Below, one piece after another: positions 7,444 through 16,259 of a stretch of 32,939 bases of DNA (positions within the stretch are counted from its first letter, which is position 1; the number at the start of each line of letters is the position of its first letter). The stretch comes from Chthoniobacterales bacterium. GTDB lineage: Bacteria; Verrucomicrobiota; Verrucomicrobiia; Chthoniobacterales; JAFAMB01. The DNA lies in assembly GCA_035939025.1 (NCBI GenBank), contig DASZGG010000244.1, positions 1 through 32,939 of the forward strand, in the 5' to 3' direction. The notes beneath the pieces were generated by a model, which saw only the letters and a list, made by a program, of their open reading frames with translations, was not told the DNA's origin and made no database searches. Both the position numbers and the translations under genes were made by a program.

Positions 7444-8892
7444 TTACGCCGGAGAGGCCTGTCGGTGTCGCAATAGGTTGGCGTACAGTTTGGCGAAGGC
7501 ATTCGCTGACTCGGCCCAAGAAAAATCGACTGCCTGCGCTCGACGGACCAGTTTTGTCCATGCATCTGGCTGGCGATAAAACTGCTTCGCCCGTCGGATC
7601 GAATCCCATAGCGCCATTGGTGAATGATTGGCGTACACAAAACCAGATCCGGAATCAGAGACCGGATCATAGTCGGAAACGAGCTGACGCACGCCGCCGC
7701 GAGTCCTCACGATCGGCAAGGTTCCGTACCGCATCGATGCCACCACGTTCGCACCCCGGAAACCAAGTGACGCGGGTAGCAGGACCACGTCCGTACCGGC
7801 CAGCGCGAGTTGTCGCAACTTTGTGTCCGCGTCTGAGCGATACGCGAAACGAGTCGGATATTTTCTTTCCGCCACAATAATCTCGGCCAAGTCTTGTTCC
7901 GGCGCTTTTCCAGTCACAACCAGACAAGTATCGGCCGTCAATACAAGGTCCAGCACCGGCTTCACCGAGCCGAATGCCAATTCATCCTGGGATTCGATGG
8001 GCAGCGCAAGAGCGATACTGTTCGAGCTATTTTCAAGTTCGAGCTGTTCCGAAAGCGCTTTCCGGCAGGCCAATTTGGCGTTGGTCTCTTCGGATTTGTA
8101 GCGTCTCCCAAGGAGTTTGTCGAGGGAGGGGTTGGTCTGCGAATAATCGACGCCGTGTGGAATACCGTACGTCCGAAAGCGATTTTCTTGCAGGACAGCA
8201 TCCAGGCCGAAACCGTGTTGAGGGTTGAAAGCCTCGAAGAGAGACACTTCGCCCGGGAGCGTGACTGCGTCGGCGTACAAAATCCCACTCTTCAAGAAGT
8301 TTAGGCGACCGTAGAATTCAAGGCCGCGCGGTCCGAAATAACTTCCCGGCAAGCCGGTCAATCCAAAATCGAAACTCCAAAATGAACCCTGGTGCTCCAG
8401 GTTGTGGATCGTCAGAACGGTGAGAAACGCTAGCTGTCGATCTCGAACGAAGACCGGAATAAGAGCTGTAGTCCAATCATGGCAATGGATCAGGTCCGGA
8501 GAGGGCGAGAGTCTTCGAGCGAGTTCGATGGCAGCCTTAGCAAAAAAAATAAATCGCTCGGCGTTATCTTCGTAGGCTCTGCCATCTCCTCCATAAATAC
8601 CGCTTCGATCAAAGTATTCGTCGCGACGAACCAAGAATACCTGAATTTGTTCCGGGCCGGTCGTCTCGACGATGTCAGTGGAAGCCCGTTTTCCTCCGAG
8701 ATTAATTTGAAACTCGAGACCGGTAGGCCTGATATCGTAGTTGCCTTCGCGAATGGACCGATAGAACGGCATAACGACGCTGACGTCGTGACCAAGTCTC
8801 TTTAGTTCAACGGACAGAATTCGGATTTGATCTCCCAAGTCTCCGGTCGAGCCGAGAGGGGAGAACTCACTGGTTGCCATTAAAATCTTCAT
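7444..8892 (-). CDS. Glycogen/starch synthase (GT5) homologue with substituted catalytic residues
   Basis: The 482-aa ORF is collinear with my remembered E. coli GlgA (CHDWTTAL, IHNLEHQG, MRYGTLPIVRTRGG). Key residues are replaced, as described in the findings. Confidence 0.8.
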   Translation of the reverse strand: MKILMATSEFSPLGSTGDLGDQIRILSVELKRLGHDVSVVMPFYRSIREGNYDIRPTGLEFQINLGGKRASTDIVETTGPEQIQVFLVRRDEYFDRSGIYGGDGRAYEDNAERFIFFAKAAIELARRLSPSPDLIHCHDWTTALIPVFVRDRQLAFLTVLTIHNLEHQGSFWSFDFGLTGLPGSYFGPRGLEFYGRLNFLKSGILYADAVTLPGEVSLFEAFNPQHGFGLDAVLQENRFRTYGIPHGVDYSQTNPSLDKLLGRRYKSEETNAKLACRKALSEQLELENSSNSIALALPIESQDELAFGSVKPVLDLVLTADTCLVVTGKAPEQDLAEIIVAERKYPTRFAYRSDADTKLRQLALAGTDVVLLPASLGFRGANVVASMRYGTLPIVRTRGGVRQLVSDYDPVSDSGSGFVYANHSPMALWDSIRRAKQFYRQPDAWTKLVRRAQAVDFSWAESANAFAKLYANLLRHRQASPA

Positions 8893-9064
8893 GCAATAGA
8901 CTCAAGAGGTTAGGTGGTTGTTGGTAACACGGCCGATTTTCAACAACAAATCGAAACGACAGCTTTAGTGTTCCGCCTTATAAATAACGTTTGCATCTTT
9001 CAAGTGAAAGGCTCTTGTCAAAGGGCGGTGACTTGATAATGTGCCGCATTCTCGATCGAGAGCT

Positions 9065-9541
9065 ATGACATTGGGCTCCCTTTTATCAGTAGAGCAAATC
9101 ATTCCCGAAATGAAGGCAACCGAAAGGTGGGCAGCAATCGTGGAATTGATCGACTTGTTGGTTCGGAAAGGCCGCGTTCGGACATCTGACCGGGATTCGG
9201 TTCTCGCCGCGTTGCGACAGCGGGAAGAGACAATGAGCACCGGAATCGGCTTCGGAATCGCGATTCCTCACGCTTCCTCAAATTGTGTAAGCGAAGTGGT
9301 CGCTGCGTTTGGCAGATCCTCCACAGGGATCGAATTCGATTCCCTGGATAATTCTCCGGTTCGATTTATCGTTCTGTTTGTTGTGCCAAAAGATCAGTTT
9401 CAGGTTCATCTGCGTACTTTGGCCGCAATTGCTAAATTTCTAAACGACAAGACGATACGCGAGCAGCTGGCGAAGGCAGAGTCGTCGGAAGAGATTCTAA
9501 GCATCTTCGACAACAAAGCCTCTCGTCCGCAGGCCAAGTAA
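9065..9541 (+). CDS. ptsN: PTS EIIA (fructose/mannitol type 2, PtsN-like) domain protein
   Basis: It reads MTLGSLLSVEQIIPEMKATERWAAIVELIDLL...REETMSTGIGFGIAIPHA (active-site His context). The track start at 9041 is a GTG, so I prefer ATG 9065. Confidence 0.8.
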   Translation: MTLGSLLSVEQIIPEMKATERWAAIVELIDLLVRKGRVRTSDRDSVLAALRQREETMSTGIGFGIAIPHASSNCVSEVVAAFGRSSTGIEFDSLDNSPVRFIVLFVVPKDQFQVHLRTLAAIAKFLNDKTIREQLAKAESSEEILSIFDNKASRPQAK

Positions 9542-9544
9542 GGG

Positions 9545-11248
9545 ATGCCGACGGTCTCCCAGATACTGCAGGAGCGTTTGCAAAACGCTCTTCGGGCGGT
9601 TGGCATCGCAAGCGATGAGCCGCTGCAATTGACGCCTACGACGGATCCGCGGCATGGCGATTATCAGACGAATGCGGCCATGGTGCTGGCCAAGAAGCTG
9701 ACGCTAAATGCCAGAAATCTCGCTTCTCGGATCGTCGCGCATCTTTCGACGAACGACATTGGCGAGCCGGCTGAAGTCGCCGGCCCGGGATTTATCAATT
9801 TCAGGCTTTCTCCGGAGTTTCTTGGGAAACGTCTCCAGGAGTTGGCTCTCGATACGCATCTTGGCGTGGAACCTGTAGCAAAGCCGAAAACGATCGTCAT
9901 TGACTTCAGCTCTCCGAATATTGCGAAGCCGATGCACGTCGGGCATATCCGATCGACGAATCTCGGGGACGCATTGGCAAGAGTTGCTCGGTTCCTGGGG
10001 TACCACGTAATCACCGACAATCATCTCGGTGATTGGGGTACTCAATTCGGCAAGGTGTTATACGGCTGGAAACGTTTGTTAAATCAGAGTTGCCTCGATT
10101 CAGATCCGATAGCGGAGCTGGTTCGTATCTATCGCGAAGCCGACGCAGCAGCAGAAAAGGATCCAGGAGTTTTGGAAGTGTGTCGTCAGGAACTGGTGAA
10201 ACTGCAACAGGGGGACGTTGAGAACCGGCGGATTTGGCAACAGTGCGTTCAACTCTCAATGCAGGATTTTTCGAGGGTTTACGATCTCTTGGGAGTTCGG
10301 TTTGATTATCAGTTGGGCGAAAGCTTCTATAACCCTCAGTTGCCGCGAGTCGTGCAGGAGCTGCAGGATCGGGGTCTCGCTGAAAAAAGCGAAGGGGCGA
10401 TCGTTGTCTGGGATCGCGCCTTGTCTGAAGATCCATTTATCATTCGGAAGTCCGACGGCGGATTTGGCTATGCGACAACCGATGTTGCGACGATCGAATA
10501 TCGGGTCCAACAGTGGCATGCGGACTCCATCTGGTATGTCGTTGGGGCGCCACAACATCTGCACTTTCAGCAGTTGTTCAGTCTGGCACAGCGGCTCGGA
10601 TACAACCTCGACCTACAGCACATCGCATTTGGCAGTATATTGGGGGAGGATCGGAAGCTCATGCGTACACGTTCCGGTGAGTCGGTTTCTCTTCGTGTAT
10701 TACTCGATGAGGCGGTTAGCCGCGCTACCGCTATCGTCGCCGAGAAGAATCCTCAATTGTCCGAGTCGGAGCGCGCCGCAATCGGGAGAATTGTTGGAAT
10801 CGGCGCGATCAAATACGCCGATCTATCCCAGTACCGTATGTCCGATTACGTCTTTTCTTGGGACAAGATGTTATCCCTGCAGGGGAATACTGCGCCGTAT
10901 CTTCAGAACGCCTACGTGCGTAGCCGATCGATTTTCCGGAAGTTGGATACTCCGTTTGCGCCTCCAGGGTTGGTCGAACTTCGAGAAGAACCGGAGCTGG
11001 CTCTTACGAAAAAGATTCTGCAATTCCCGGATGTCGTGCCGGCGATCCTGGATGGGTTCAAACCTAACATCTTGGCGAATTACCTTTACGAATTAGCCGC
11101 TCAATTTCACGGATTCTACGAATCCTGCCCGGTGTTGTCTGCCGAGCCTTTGAAGCGTGAAACTCGACTGCTCTTGTGCGACATTTTTGCGAGGCTCCTG
11201 CAGACCGGGCTCGATCTATTAGGCATTCGAGTTCCCGAAAAAATGTAA
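9545..11248 (+). CDS. argS: Arginine--tRNA ligase
   Basis: The 567-aa ORF contains SSPNIAKPMHVGHIRS (HIGH-type motif). It has a DALR-type anticodon-binding C-terminal region and ArgS-like length. Confidence 0.95.
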   Translation: MPTVSQILQERLQNALRAVGIASDEPLQLTPTTDPRHGDYQTNAAMVLAKKLTLNARNLASRIVAHLSTNDIGEPAEVAGPGFINFRLSPEFLGKRLQELALDTHLGVEPVAKPKTIVIDFSSPNIAKPMHVGHIRSTNLGDALARVARFLGYHVITDNHLGDWGTQFGKVLYGWKRLLNQSCLDSDPIAELVRIYREADAAAEKDPGVLEVCRQELVKLQQGDVENRRIWQQCVQLSMQDFSRVYDLLGVRFDYQLGESFYNPQLPRVVQELQDRGLAEKSEGAIVVWDRALSEDPFIIRKSDGGFGYATTDVATIEYRVQQWHADSIWYVVGAPQHLHFQQLFSLAQRLGYNLDLQHIAFGSILGEDRKLMRTRSGESVSLRVLLDEAVSRATAIVAEKNPQLSESERAAIGRIVGIGAIKYADLSQYRMSDYVFSWDKMLSLQGNTAPYLQNAYVRSRSIFRKLDTPFAPPGLVELREEPELALTKKILQFPDVVPAILDGFKPNILANYLYELAAQFHGFYESCPVLSAEPLKRETRLLLCDIFARLLQTGLDLLGIRVPEKM

Positions 11249-11346
11249 CCAACTGCTAAGGTGGGACGTTTTGAGTTTGGTTTAGTATTTGACTGGGTCT
11301 CAAAGCGCTTGGTTTCTGAGTGTATTTTGCAATTATTGTCCTTGGT

Positions 11347-12039
11347 ATGCCGGATCGCGTTAGACATATAATCACAAGCTTCGACACAGCGCTGAACAAT
11401 TTGAAGAATGACGTTCTAATGATGTCGAGCCTGGCAGAGCGTCTTATAGAAAATGCGATGCAGGGCCTTTTGAAGAGGGATAGCAACCTTTGTAACATGA
11501 CGATCGCCGATGACGAAGAGGTGGACGTACTGGAGAAACAAGTCGATAAAGAAGGGGTTGAGATCATGATTCGATTCCATCCCGTGGCCTCCGATATACG
11601 TCAGGTAATCACAACGATGAAGCTTGGCGCCAACCTGGAAAGAGTAGCAGATCAATCTGTGGCGATTGCTCGACGTGCGAAAAAAATGAATCTACTGCCG
11701 GCTGTGCCGGAGGTTTCTTTGCTCGAGCCCATCTACCGAGAAGCCCTCGGCATCTTCCGCGATAGTCTTCGCGTATTTGTGGATGGAGACTCGCAGCTCG
11801 CTTTGCAGCTCAAACCGCGAGACCGGCACTTGGATGGTTTGAATGCCAGGCTCAGCGATAAATTAGCTGGTCGCATGGTCGCTGACCCGAAACAGGTACC
11901 GACCTACTTGAACATCATTTTCATTGCGCGCTTTCTGGAACGGATTGGAGATCACGCCACAAGCATTGCCGAAGACGCTTTCTGGCAGGAACAAGCCGAG
12001 GACATTCGTCATACTTTCGGCGCCGTTAAGGAGGATTAA
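11347..12039 (+). CDS. phoU: PhoU-family phosphate signalling protein
   Basis: It shows two PhoU repeats, with ...ANLERVADQSVAIARR... and ...ARFLERIGDHATSIAED. The track start at 11320 is a GTG, so I prefer ATG 11347 (MPDRVRH...). No pst genes lie nearby. Confidence 0.85.
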   Translation: MPDRVRHIITSFDTALNNLKNDVLMMSSLAERLIENAMQGLLKRDSNLCNMTIADDEEVDVLEKQVDKEGVEIMIRFHPVASDIRQVITTMKLGANLERVADQSVAIARRAKKMNLLPAVPEVSLLEPIYREALGIFRDSLRVFVDGDSQLALQLKPRDRHLDGLNARLSDKLAGRMVADPKQVPTYLNIIFIARFLERIGDHATSIAEDAFWQEQAEDIRHTFGAVKED

Positions 12040-12142
12040 GCGAAAGCTCGAGCTCGCCGTCTGTCCTGATGAAGGTTCAAGAGGCAAAAGCTGGAGCTTT
12101 TCTGAGGGGCTAAGAGCAAAAGCTGGAGCTTTCGTTTACGGG
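12040..12142. repeat. Three direct copies of a GC(A/G)AAAGCT(G/C)GAGCT motif in the phoU-uxs spacer
   Basis: The copies read 12040 GCGAAAGCTCGAGCTCGC, 12084 GCAAAAGCTGGAGCTTTTCTGAGG and 12116 GCAAAAGCTGGAGCTTTCGTTTACGG. A related copy lies at 24708-24732. Confidence 0.7.
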
Positions 12143-12203
12143 GCAGGAAAACTTTTCTCTCGACTTCTGGGCCTCTCGATCTAGAGGTGACAAGGTTTAT
12201 CCA

Positions 12204-13163
12204 ATGTTCGCATCGAAATCTTCGAAAGATACTGCGGTTGTGACAGGAGGCGCGGGATTTCTGGGTTCGCATCTCTGTGATCGGTTGCTGGCTGAAGGAT
12301 TGCGCGTCATCGCGATCGATAATCTTATCACCGGATCTCCGGACAATATCGCCCATCTCGCCGGGAATCCGGATTTCCGGTTTATCCGGCAAAACGTTTC
12401 CGATTTTATTTTTGTGCCGGGCACGGTTGATTTCGTATTTCATTTTGCCTCCCCGGCCAGTCCGATCGATTACCTGGAACACCCGATTCCGACGTTGAAA
12501 GTCGGCGCGCTCGGGACACATAATTCGCTCGGCTTGGCCAAGGACAAAGCTGCGAAATTCTTGCTGGCTTCGACCTCGGAGTGCTATGGCGATCCTCTCG
12601 TGCATCCGCAAAACGAAGATTATTGGGGGAATGTCAACCCGATCGGGCCCCGAGGCGTTTACGATGAGGCTAAGCGATTCGCCGAGGCAATGACCATGGC
12701 TTACCATCGTTTTCACGGTATGGACACGAAGATCGTTCGTATCTTCAACACATATGGCCCGAGGATGCGGCTCCGCGATGGCCGGGTCGTGCCGTCATTC
12801 ATCAGCCAGGCATTGAACAACGAGCCGCTCACCGTCTTCGGTGACGGGAGCCAAACGCGGAGTTTCTGTTACGTTTCAGACTTGATCGAAGGGATCTTCC
12901 GCCTTGCGATGAGCAAAAACCACGGGCCGATTAATATCGGGAACCCGGTGGAAATGACGATTAAGCAATTCGCCGAAAAGATTCTCGAAATCACCGGCGC
13001 TGCGGGTGGCATTACCTACCGAGAGCTGCCGATCGATGATCCAAAGGTTCGCCAGCCGGATATCACGCGTGCCCGCACTCTGCTTGGCTGGGAACCCAAA
13101 GTTGATTTTGATAAGGGAATCCGCGTAACGATCGACTATTTCCGAACGAAATTGGGGGCATAG
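12204..13163 (+). CDS. UDP-glucuronate decarboxylase (UDP-xylose synthase) type SDR
   Basis: The 319-aa ORF contains [26 protein letters not shown] and the YDEAKR catalytic motif, then [10 protein letters not shown]. Confidence 0.9.
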   Translation: MFASKSSKDTAVVTGGAGFLGSHLCDRLLAEGLRVIAIDNLITGSPDNIAHLAGNPDFRFIRQNVSDFIFVPGTVDFVFHFASPASPIDYLEHPIPTLKVGALGTHNSLGLAKDKAAKFLLASTSECYGDPLVHPQNEDYWGNVNPIGPRGVYDEAKRFAEAMTMAYHRFHGMDTKIVRIFNTYGPRMRLRDGRVVPSFISQALNNEPLTVFGDGSQTRSFCYVSDLIEGIFRLAMSKNHGPINIGNPVEMTIKQFAEKILEITGAAGGITYRELPIDDPKVRQPDITRARTLLGWEPKVDFDKGIRVTIDYFRTKLGA

Positions 13164-13166
13164 GAG

Positions 13167-13265
13167 GTTTTGCGTCTTGCGTTTTGGGTTTTGGGTTTTG
13201 AGTAGGTATCAAATCTGCGGGCTTTCTCACGCAAAATTCAAAACCCAAAACTCAAAACCCAAAAC
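13167..13265. repeat. Heptamer-armed hairpin element B: 5 x GTYTTGN, 29-nt loop, 5 x NCAAAAY
   Basis: Left arm 13167-13201 reads GTTTTGC GTCTTGC GTTTTGG GTTTTGG GTTTTGA. The loop is 13202-13230. Right arm 13231-13265 reads GCAAAAT TCAAAAC CCAAAAC TCAAAAC CCAAAAC. The element starts 4 nt after the uxs stop and ends 3 nt before the coaE ATG. Confidence 0.95.
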
Positions 13266-13268
13266 AGC

Positions 13269-13886
13269 ATGGCCTTGGGCATTGGAATCACAGGAGGCGT
13301 TGCGACTGGCAAGTCGACGGTTGCTCATCGCCTTTTCGAGTTGCTGCGGATTCGTGCGCCGGTCGAACTTTTCAGTTCAGATTTCGAAGCCAGAAGATTG
13401 ACGGATAGCGATTTCGTTGTACAAGAGGAGATTAAAGCGGCCCTTGGAGTTCAAGTATTCGACCCCGAGGGCAATCTTGCCCGAGACCGGTTGCGGGAGT
13501 TGGTGTTCCACGATGCAGCGGCGCGAAAAGCCCTGGAAGCCATTCTCCACCCCCGGATCCGAGAGGCGTGGATTAGCCGGACCAGAGGAGATAGGCTGCT
13601 CCTCGCGGAAATACCTTTACTGTACGAAACCGGGGCCGAACGTTACTTTGATCGAATCATCGTCACTGCTTGCAGTCGTGCCTCGCAAGTCGAACGAATG
13701 GTAGTCGAACGACGTTTAGTGAAAGAACTGGCGGAACAGATAATTCAGACCCAGATGGATCTCGAGGAGAAAATTCGTCGGGCAGATTGGGTCGTGTGGA
13801 CTGATTGTACGCCCCAGATTACCGCTCAACAAGTTAACCTGATATCTCAAGAGGTCATCGAACGATATGGAGGAGCCAGGCGCTGA
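13269..13886 (+). CDS. coaE: Dephospho-CoA kinase
   Basis: It starts MALGIGITGGVATGKSTV (P-loop) and contains ...AEIPLLYETG..., with CoaE-like length of 205 aa. Confidence 0.9.
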   Translation: MALGIGITGGVATGKSTVAHRLFELLRIRAPVELFSSDFEARRLTDSDFVVQEEIKAALGVQVFDPEGNLARDRLRELVFHDAAARKALEAILHPRIREAWISRTRGDRLLLAEIPLLYETGAERYFDRIIVTACSRASQVERMVVERRLVKELAEQIIQTQMDLEEKIRRADWVVWTDCTPQITAQQVNLISQEVIERYGGARR

Positions 13887-15186
13887 ACCGACTGTGTTGC
13901 CAGGTTCAGAATATTTTAGCGAAAACGGAACTGTTCTTGAGCTTGACAGGCTCCATCAACTTACTCACCTCGTCTTGCTTGAGCTCACCCGCCAATTCAA
14001 CCTTCGTGTCTCGCACGAGCGTACTCGGCACCAGTTGATTTTCGATCTTCTTAAGGCCTACTCAAGCCGGGGGATCGCATTAGTTGCCGAAGGAATGCTC
14101 GAAATAGCGAACGAGAGTTATGGGTTTCTTCGTTGGGAACGTTACAATTTTACGCCCTGCGCGGAAGATGTTTACGTGCCGGCGGTGATCCTGAAAAAAT
14201 GGGGCATCCGTCCTGGAAACAAAGTCCGAGGTTACATTCGGGGGCCGAAGGAAAAAGAAAAATTTATGGCCTTGGAGCAGGTCATAAGCATCGAAGGTAT
14301 TCCCTTGGAGTCCTGGACTGAGCCGAAGCTTTTCGATCAGTTGACGGCGCTTTTCCCGGACAAACGAATCCTGCTCGAAAACTCTAAGACCGGGAGTGTT
14401 AGCGCGCGAGCGGTTGACTTAATTGCGCCCTTGGGGCGCGGGCAGCGGGGGCTCATCGTCGCAGCGCCCCGAACTGGAAAGACGATTTTGCTAAAGGATA
14501 TTGCGCTGGCGATCCGCGCGAATTCGCCTGATGTTCACCTGATTCTCTTATTGGTGGACGAACGCCCTGAAGAGGTGACAGATCTTGAGCAATGCCTGGA
14601 TTGCGAAATTTTTAGCTCAACGTTCGACGAAAGTCCGACGCGCCACGTTCAAGTAGCCGAACTGGTGAGTGAGCGGGCGAAACGTCTGGTGGAACTCAAG
14701 AAGGATGTGGTCATCCTTCTCGACAGCATTACCCGGCTGGCGCGCGGCTATAACGCGCTTCAACCCGGAAAAGGCCGGATAATGTCCGGCGGTGTTGAGG
14801 CCAAAGCTTTGTTGAAGCCTAAACGTTTCTTCGGGGCTGCGCGAAATTGTGAGGAAGGAGGCAGTCTGACGATTTTAGCGACCGCCCTGATCGATACCGA
14901 AAGTCGTATGGATGAGGTCATTTTCGAGGAATTCAAAGGAACTGGTAACATGGAGTTGCATCTGGATCGGACGTTGGTCGAGAAGCGAATCTATCCGGCA
15001 ATTCATATTCTGAAATCAGGAACGCGCCGCGATGACTTACTGTATCATCCCGACGAATTTGAGCGTGTCACGCTGCTGCGAAAGAAGCTCGCGCAATTGC
15101 CGGCGCTCGAGGCGATGGAAGTATTCTTGAACACCTTGAAAGCAACCAGAACCAACGCGGAACTATTGCTGACGGCACTTCGATGA
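13867..15186 (+). CDS. rho: Transcription termination factor Rho
   Basis: The 439-aa ORF contains [14 protein letters not shown], the [24 protein letters not shown] Walker A region, [10 protein letters not shown] and [22 protein letters not shown]. It overlaps coaE by 20 nt. Confidence 0.95.
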   Translation: MEEPGAEPTVLPGSEYFSENGTVLELDRLHQLTHLVLLELTRQFNLRVSHERTRHQLIFDLLKAYSSRGIALVAEGMLEIANESYGFLRWERYNFTPCAEDVYVPAVILKKWGIRPGNKVRGYIRGPKEKEKFMALEQVISIEGIPLESWTEPKLFDQLTALFPDKRILLENSKTGSVSARAVDLIAPLGRGQRGLIVAAPRTGKTILLKDIALAIRANSPDVHLILLLVDERPEEVTDLEQCLDCEIFSSTFDESPTRHVQVAELVSERAKRLVELKKDVVILLDSITRLARGYNALQPGKGRIMSGGVEAKALLKPKRFFGAARNCEEGGSLTILATALIDTESRMDEVIFEEFKGTGNMELHLDRTLVEKRIYPAIHILKSGTRRDDLLYHPDEFERVTLLRKKLAQLPALEAMEVFLNTLKATRTNAELLLTALR

Positions 15187-16259
15187 CCATGACGAACCTG
15201 GATTTGCTGGTCATCAACAAGAACGAGGCGCTGGATGATTGGTGTGGTACGCTCGAGAAGTTCGACCCGATTGCCGTCGATACCGAAGGGGATAGCCTTC
15301 ACTGCTATTTCGAAAAGCTTTGTCTGATTCAGATAGGTTTGCCTGGCAAGAATGTGCTGATCGATCCCCTCGAACCGATCGATTTTTCCCGCTTTAACGC
15401 CGTTCTGGCCGGAAAGAGGATTATTCTGCACGGCTGTGACTACGATCTGCGCATGCTGCGGCGTGGAACGAAGTTTGCCCCGGGTGCGGTATTTGATACT
15501 TATCTTGCAGCGAGGCTGGTAGGCCTAAAAGAGGTGGGCCTGGCATCTCTGGTAAAAGAGTTTTTCAGTATTGAGCTGCCAAAATCTTCGCAAAAAGCAA
15601 ACTGGGCTCGGCGGCCGCTCACCCAGACGATGATTGAATACGCGGTCAATGACACTCTTTACTTGATAGACTTGGCAGAACGACTATCGCAAGAGCTGCG
15701 TGCCAGGGGCCGCTGGGAATGGTTCCAGGAAAGCTGCCAAAAGGCTGTCTTGGCTGCCGCTGAGGATCGAGAGAAAGATCCGGAGCGAATTTGGAAGATC
15801 CCGGGGAGCACCGCGCTTCGCGGAAGCGCCCTCGCGGTTTTGCGGGATTTGTGGCACTGGCGAGATGCCGAGGCGCAAAATGCAGATCGCCCCAGCTTCC
15901 AAGTGCTACGGAATGAGGAACTCATCGAACTCGCGAAACTGGCGGGAGAGGGGAGTCTCCGTATACCGCCTGGAGTACAGGGCTCAAGACGCAAGCGTTT
16001 GCATTCCGTCCTGCAGCAGGCAATGCAGCTGCCCGAATCGGAATGGCCCGAACGCGTTCGGCCGGTTCGAATCCGGGCGACCAGCGAACAGGATCAACGT
16101 CTGGAACAGCTGAAAAATCGGCGTGACCGCGTAGCGGAAGGTCTGCGCCTCGACCCGGGCGTGGTTGCTCCGCGACAGGCGCTGGAGCGGATTACGCGAG
16201 AGCCGGAAACGGCAGGCACGGTCCTGATGCATTGGCAGAGACAGCTCTTGGGGCTTTAA
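15183..16259 (+). CDS. rnd: Ribonuclease D (DEDD 3'-5' exonuclease plus HRDC domain)
   Basis: The 358-aa ORF contains AVDTEGDSLH and YAVNDTLYL exonuclease motifs. An HRDC-like C-terminal region follows (LRDLWHWRDAEAQNADRPSFQVL). It has an ATGA overlap with the rho stop. Confidence 0.85.
   Translation: MTMTNLDLLVINKNEALDDWCGTLEKFDPIAVDTEGDSLHCYFEKLCLIQIGLPGKNVLIDPLEPIDFSRFNAVLAGKRIILHGCDYDLRMLRRGTKFAPGAVFDTYLAARLVGLKEVGLASLVKEFFSIELPKSSQKANWARRPLTQTMIEYAVNDTLYLIDLAERLSQELRARGRWEWFQESCQKAVLAAAEDREKDPERIWKIPGSTALRGSALAVLRDLWHWRDAEAQNADRPSFQVLRNEELIELAKLAGEGSLRIPPGVQGSRRKRLHSVLQQAMQLPESEWPERVRPVRIRATSEQDQRLEQLKNRRDRVAEGLRLDPGVVAPRQALERITREPETAGTVLMHWQRQLLGL

Noticed and set aside
12036-12716. 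A 226-aa minus-strand ORF, along with other long antisense ORFs (2421-3029, 4124-4741, 10218-11096, 17093-17701, 20763-21362, 27335-27892).
   Set aside because: Each lies antisense to, or out of frame with, a gene with clear family homology (uxs, ABC-2 permease, aminotransferase, argS, DAHP synthase, FAD oxidase, trpB). Their translations are Arg/Ser/Pro-rich with no recognisable motifs.
16064-16074. GGTTCGAATCC, the classic tRNA T-arm consensus.
   Set aside because: It lies inside the well-supported rnd coding frame (..RPVRIRATSEQ..). Only a 4-bp T-stem is possible, and no acceptor, D or anticodon arms can be drawn around it.
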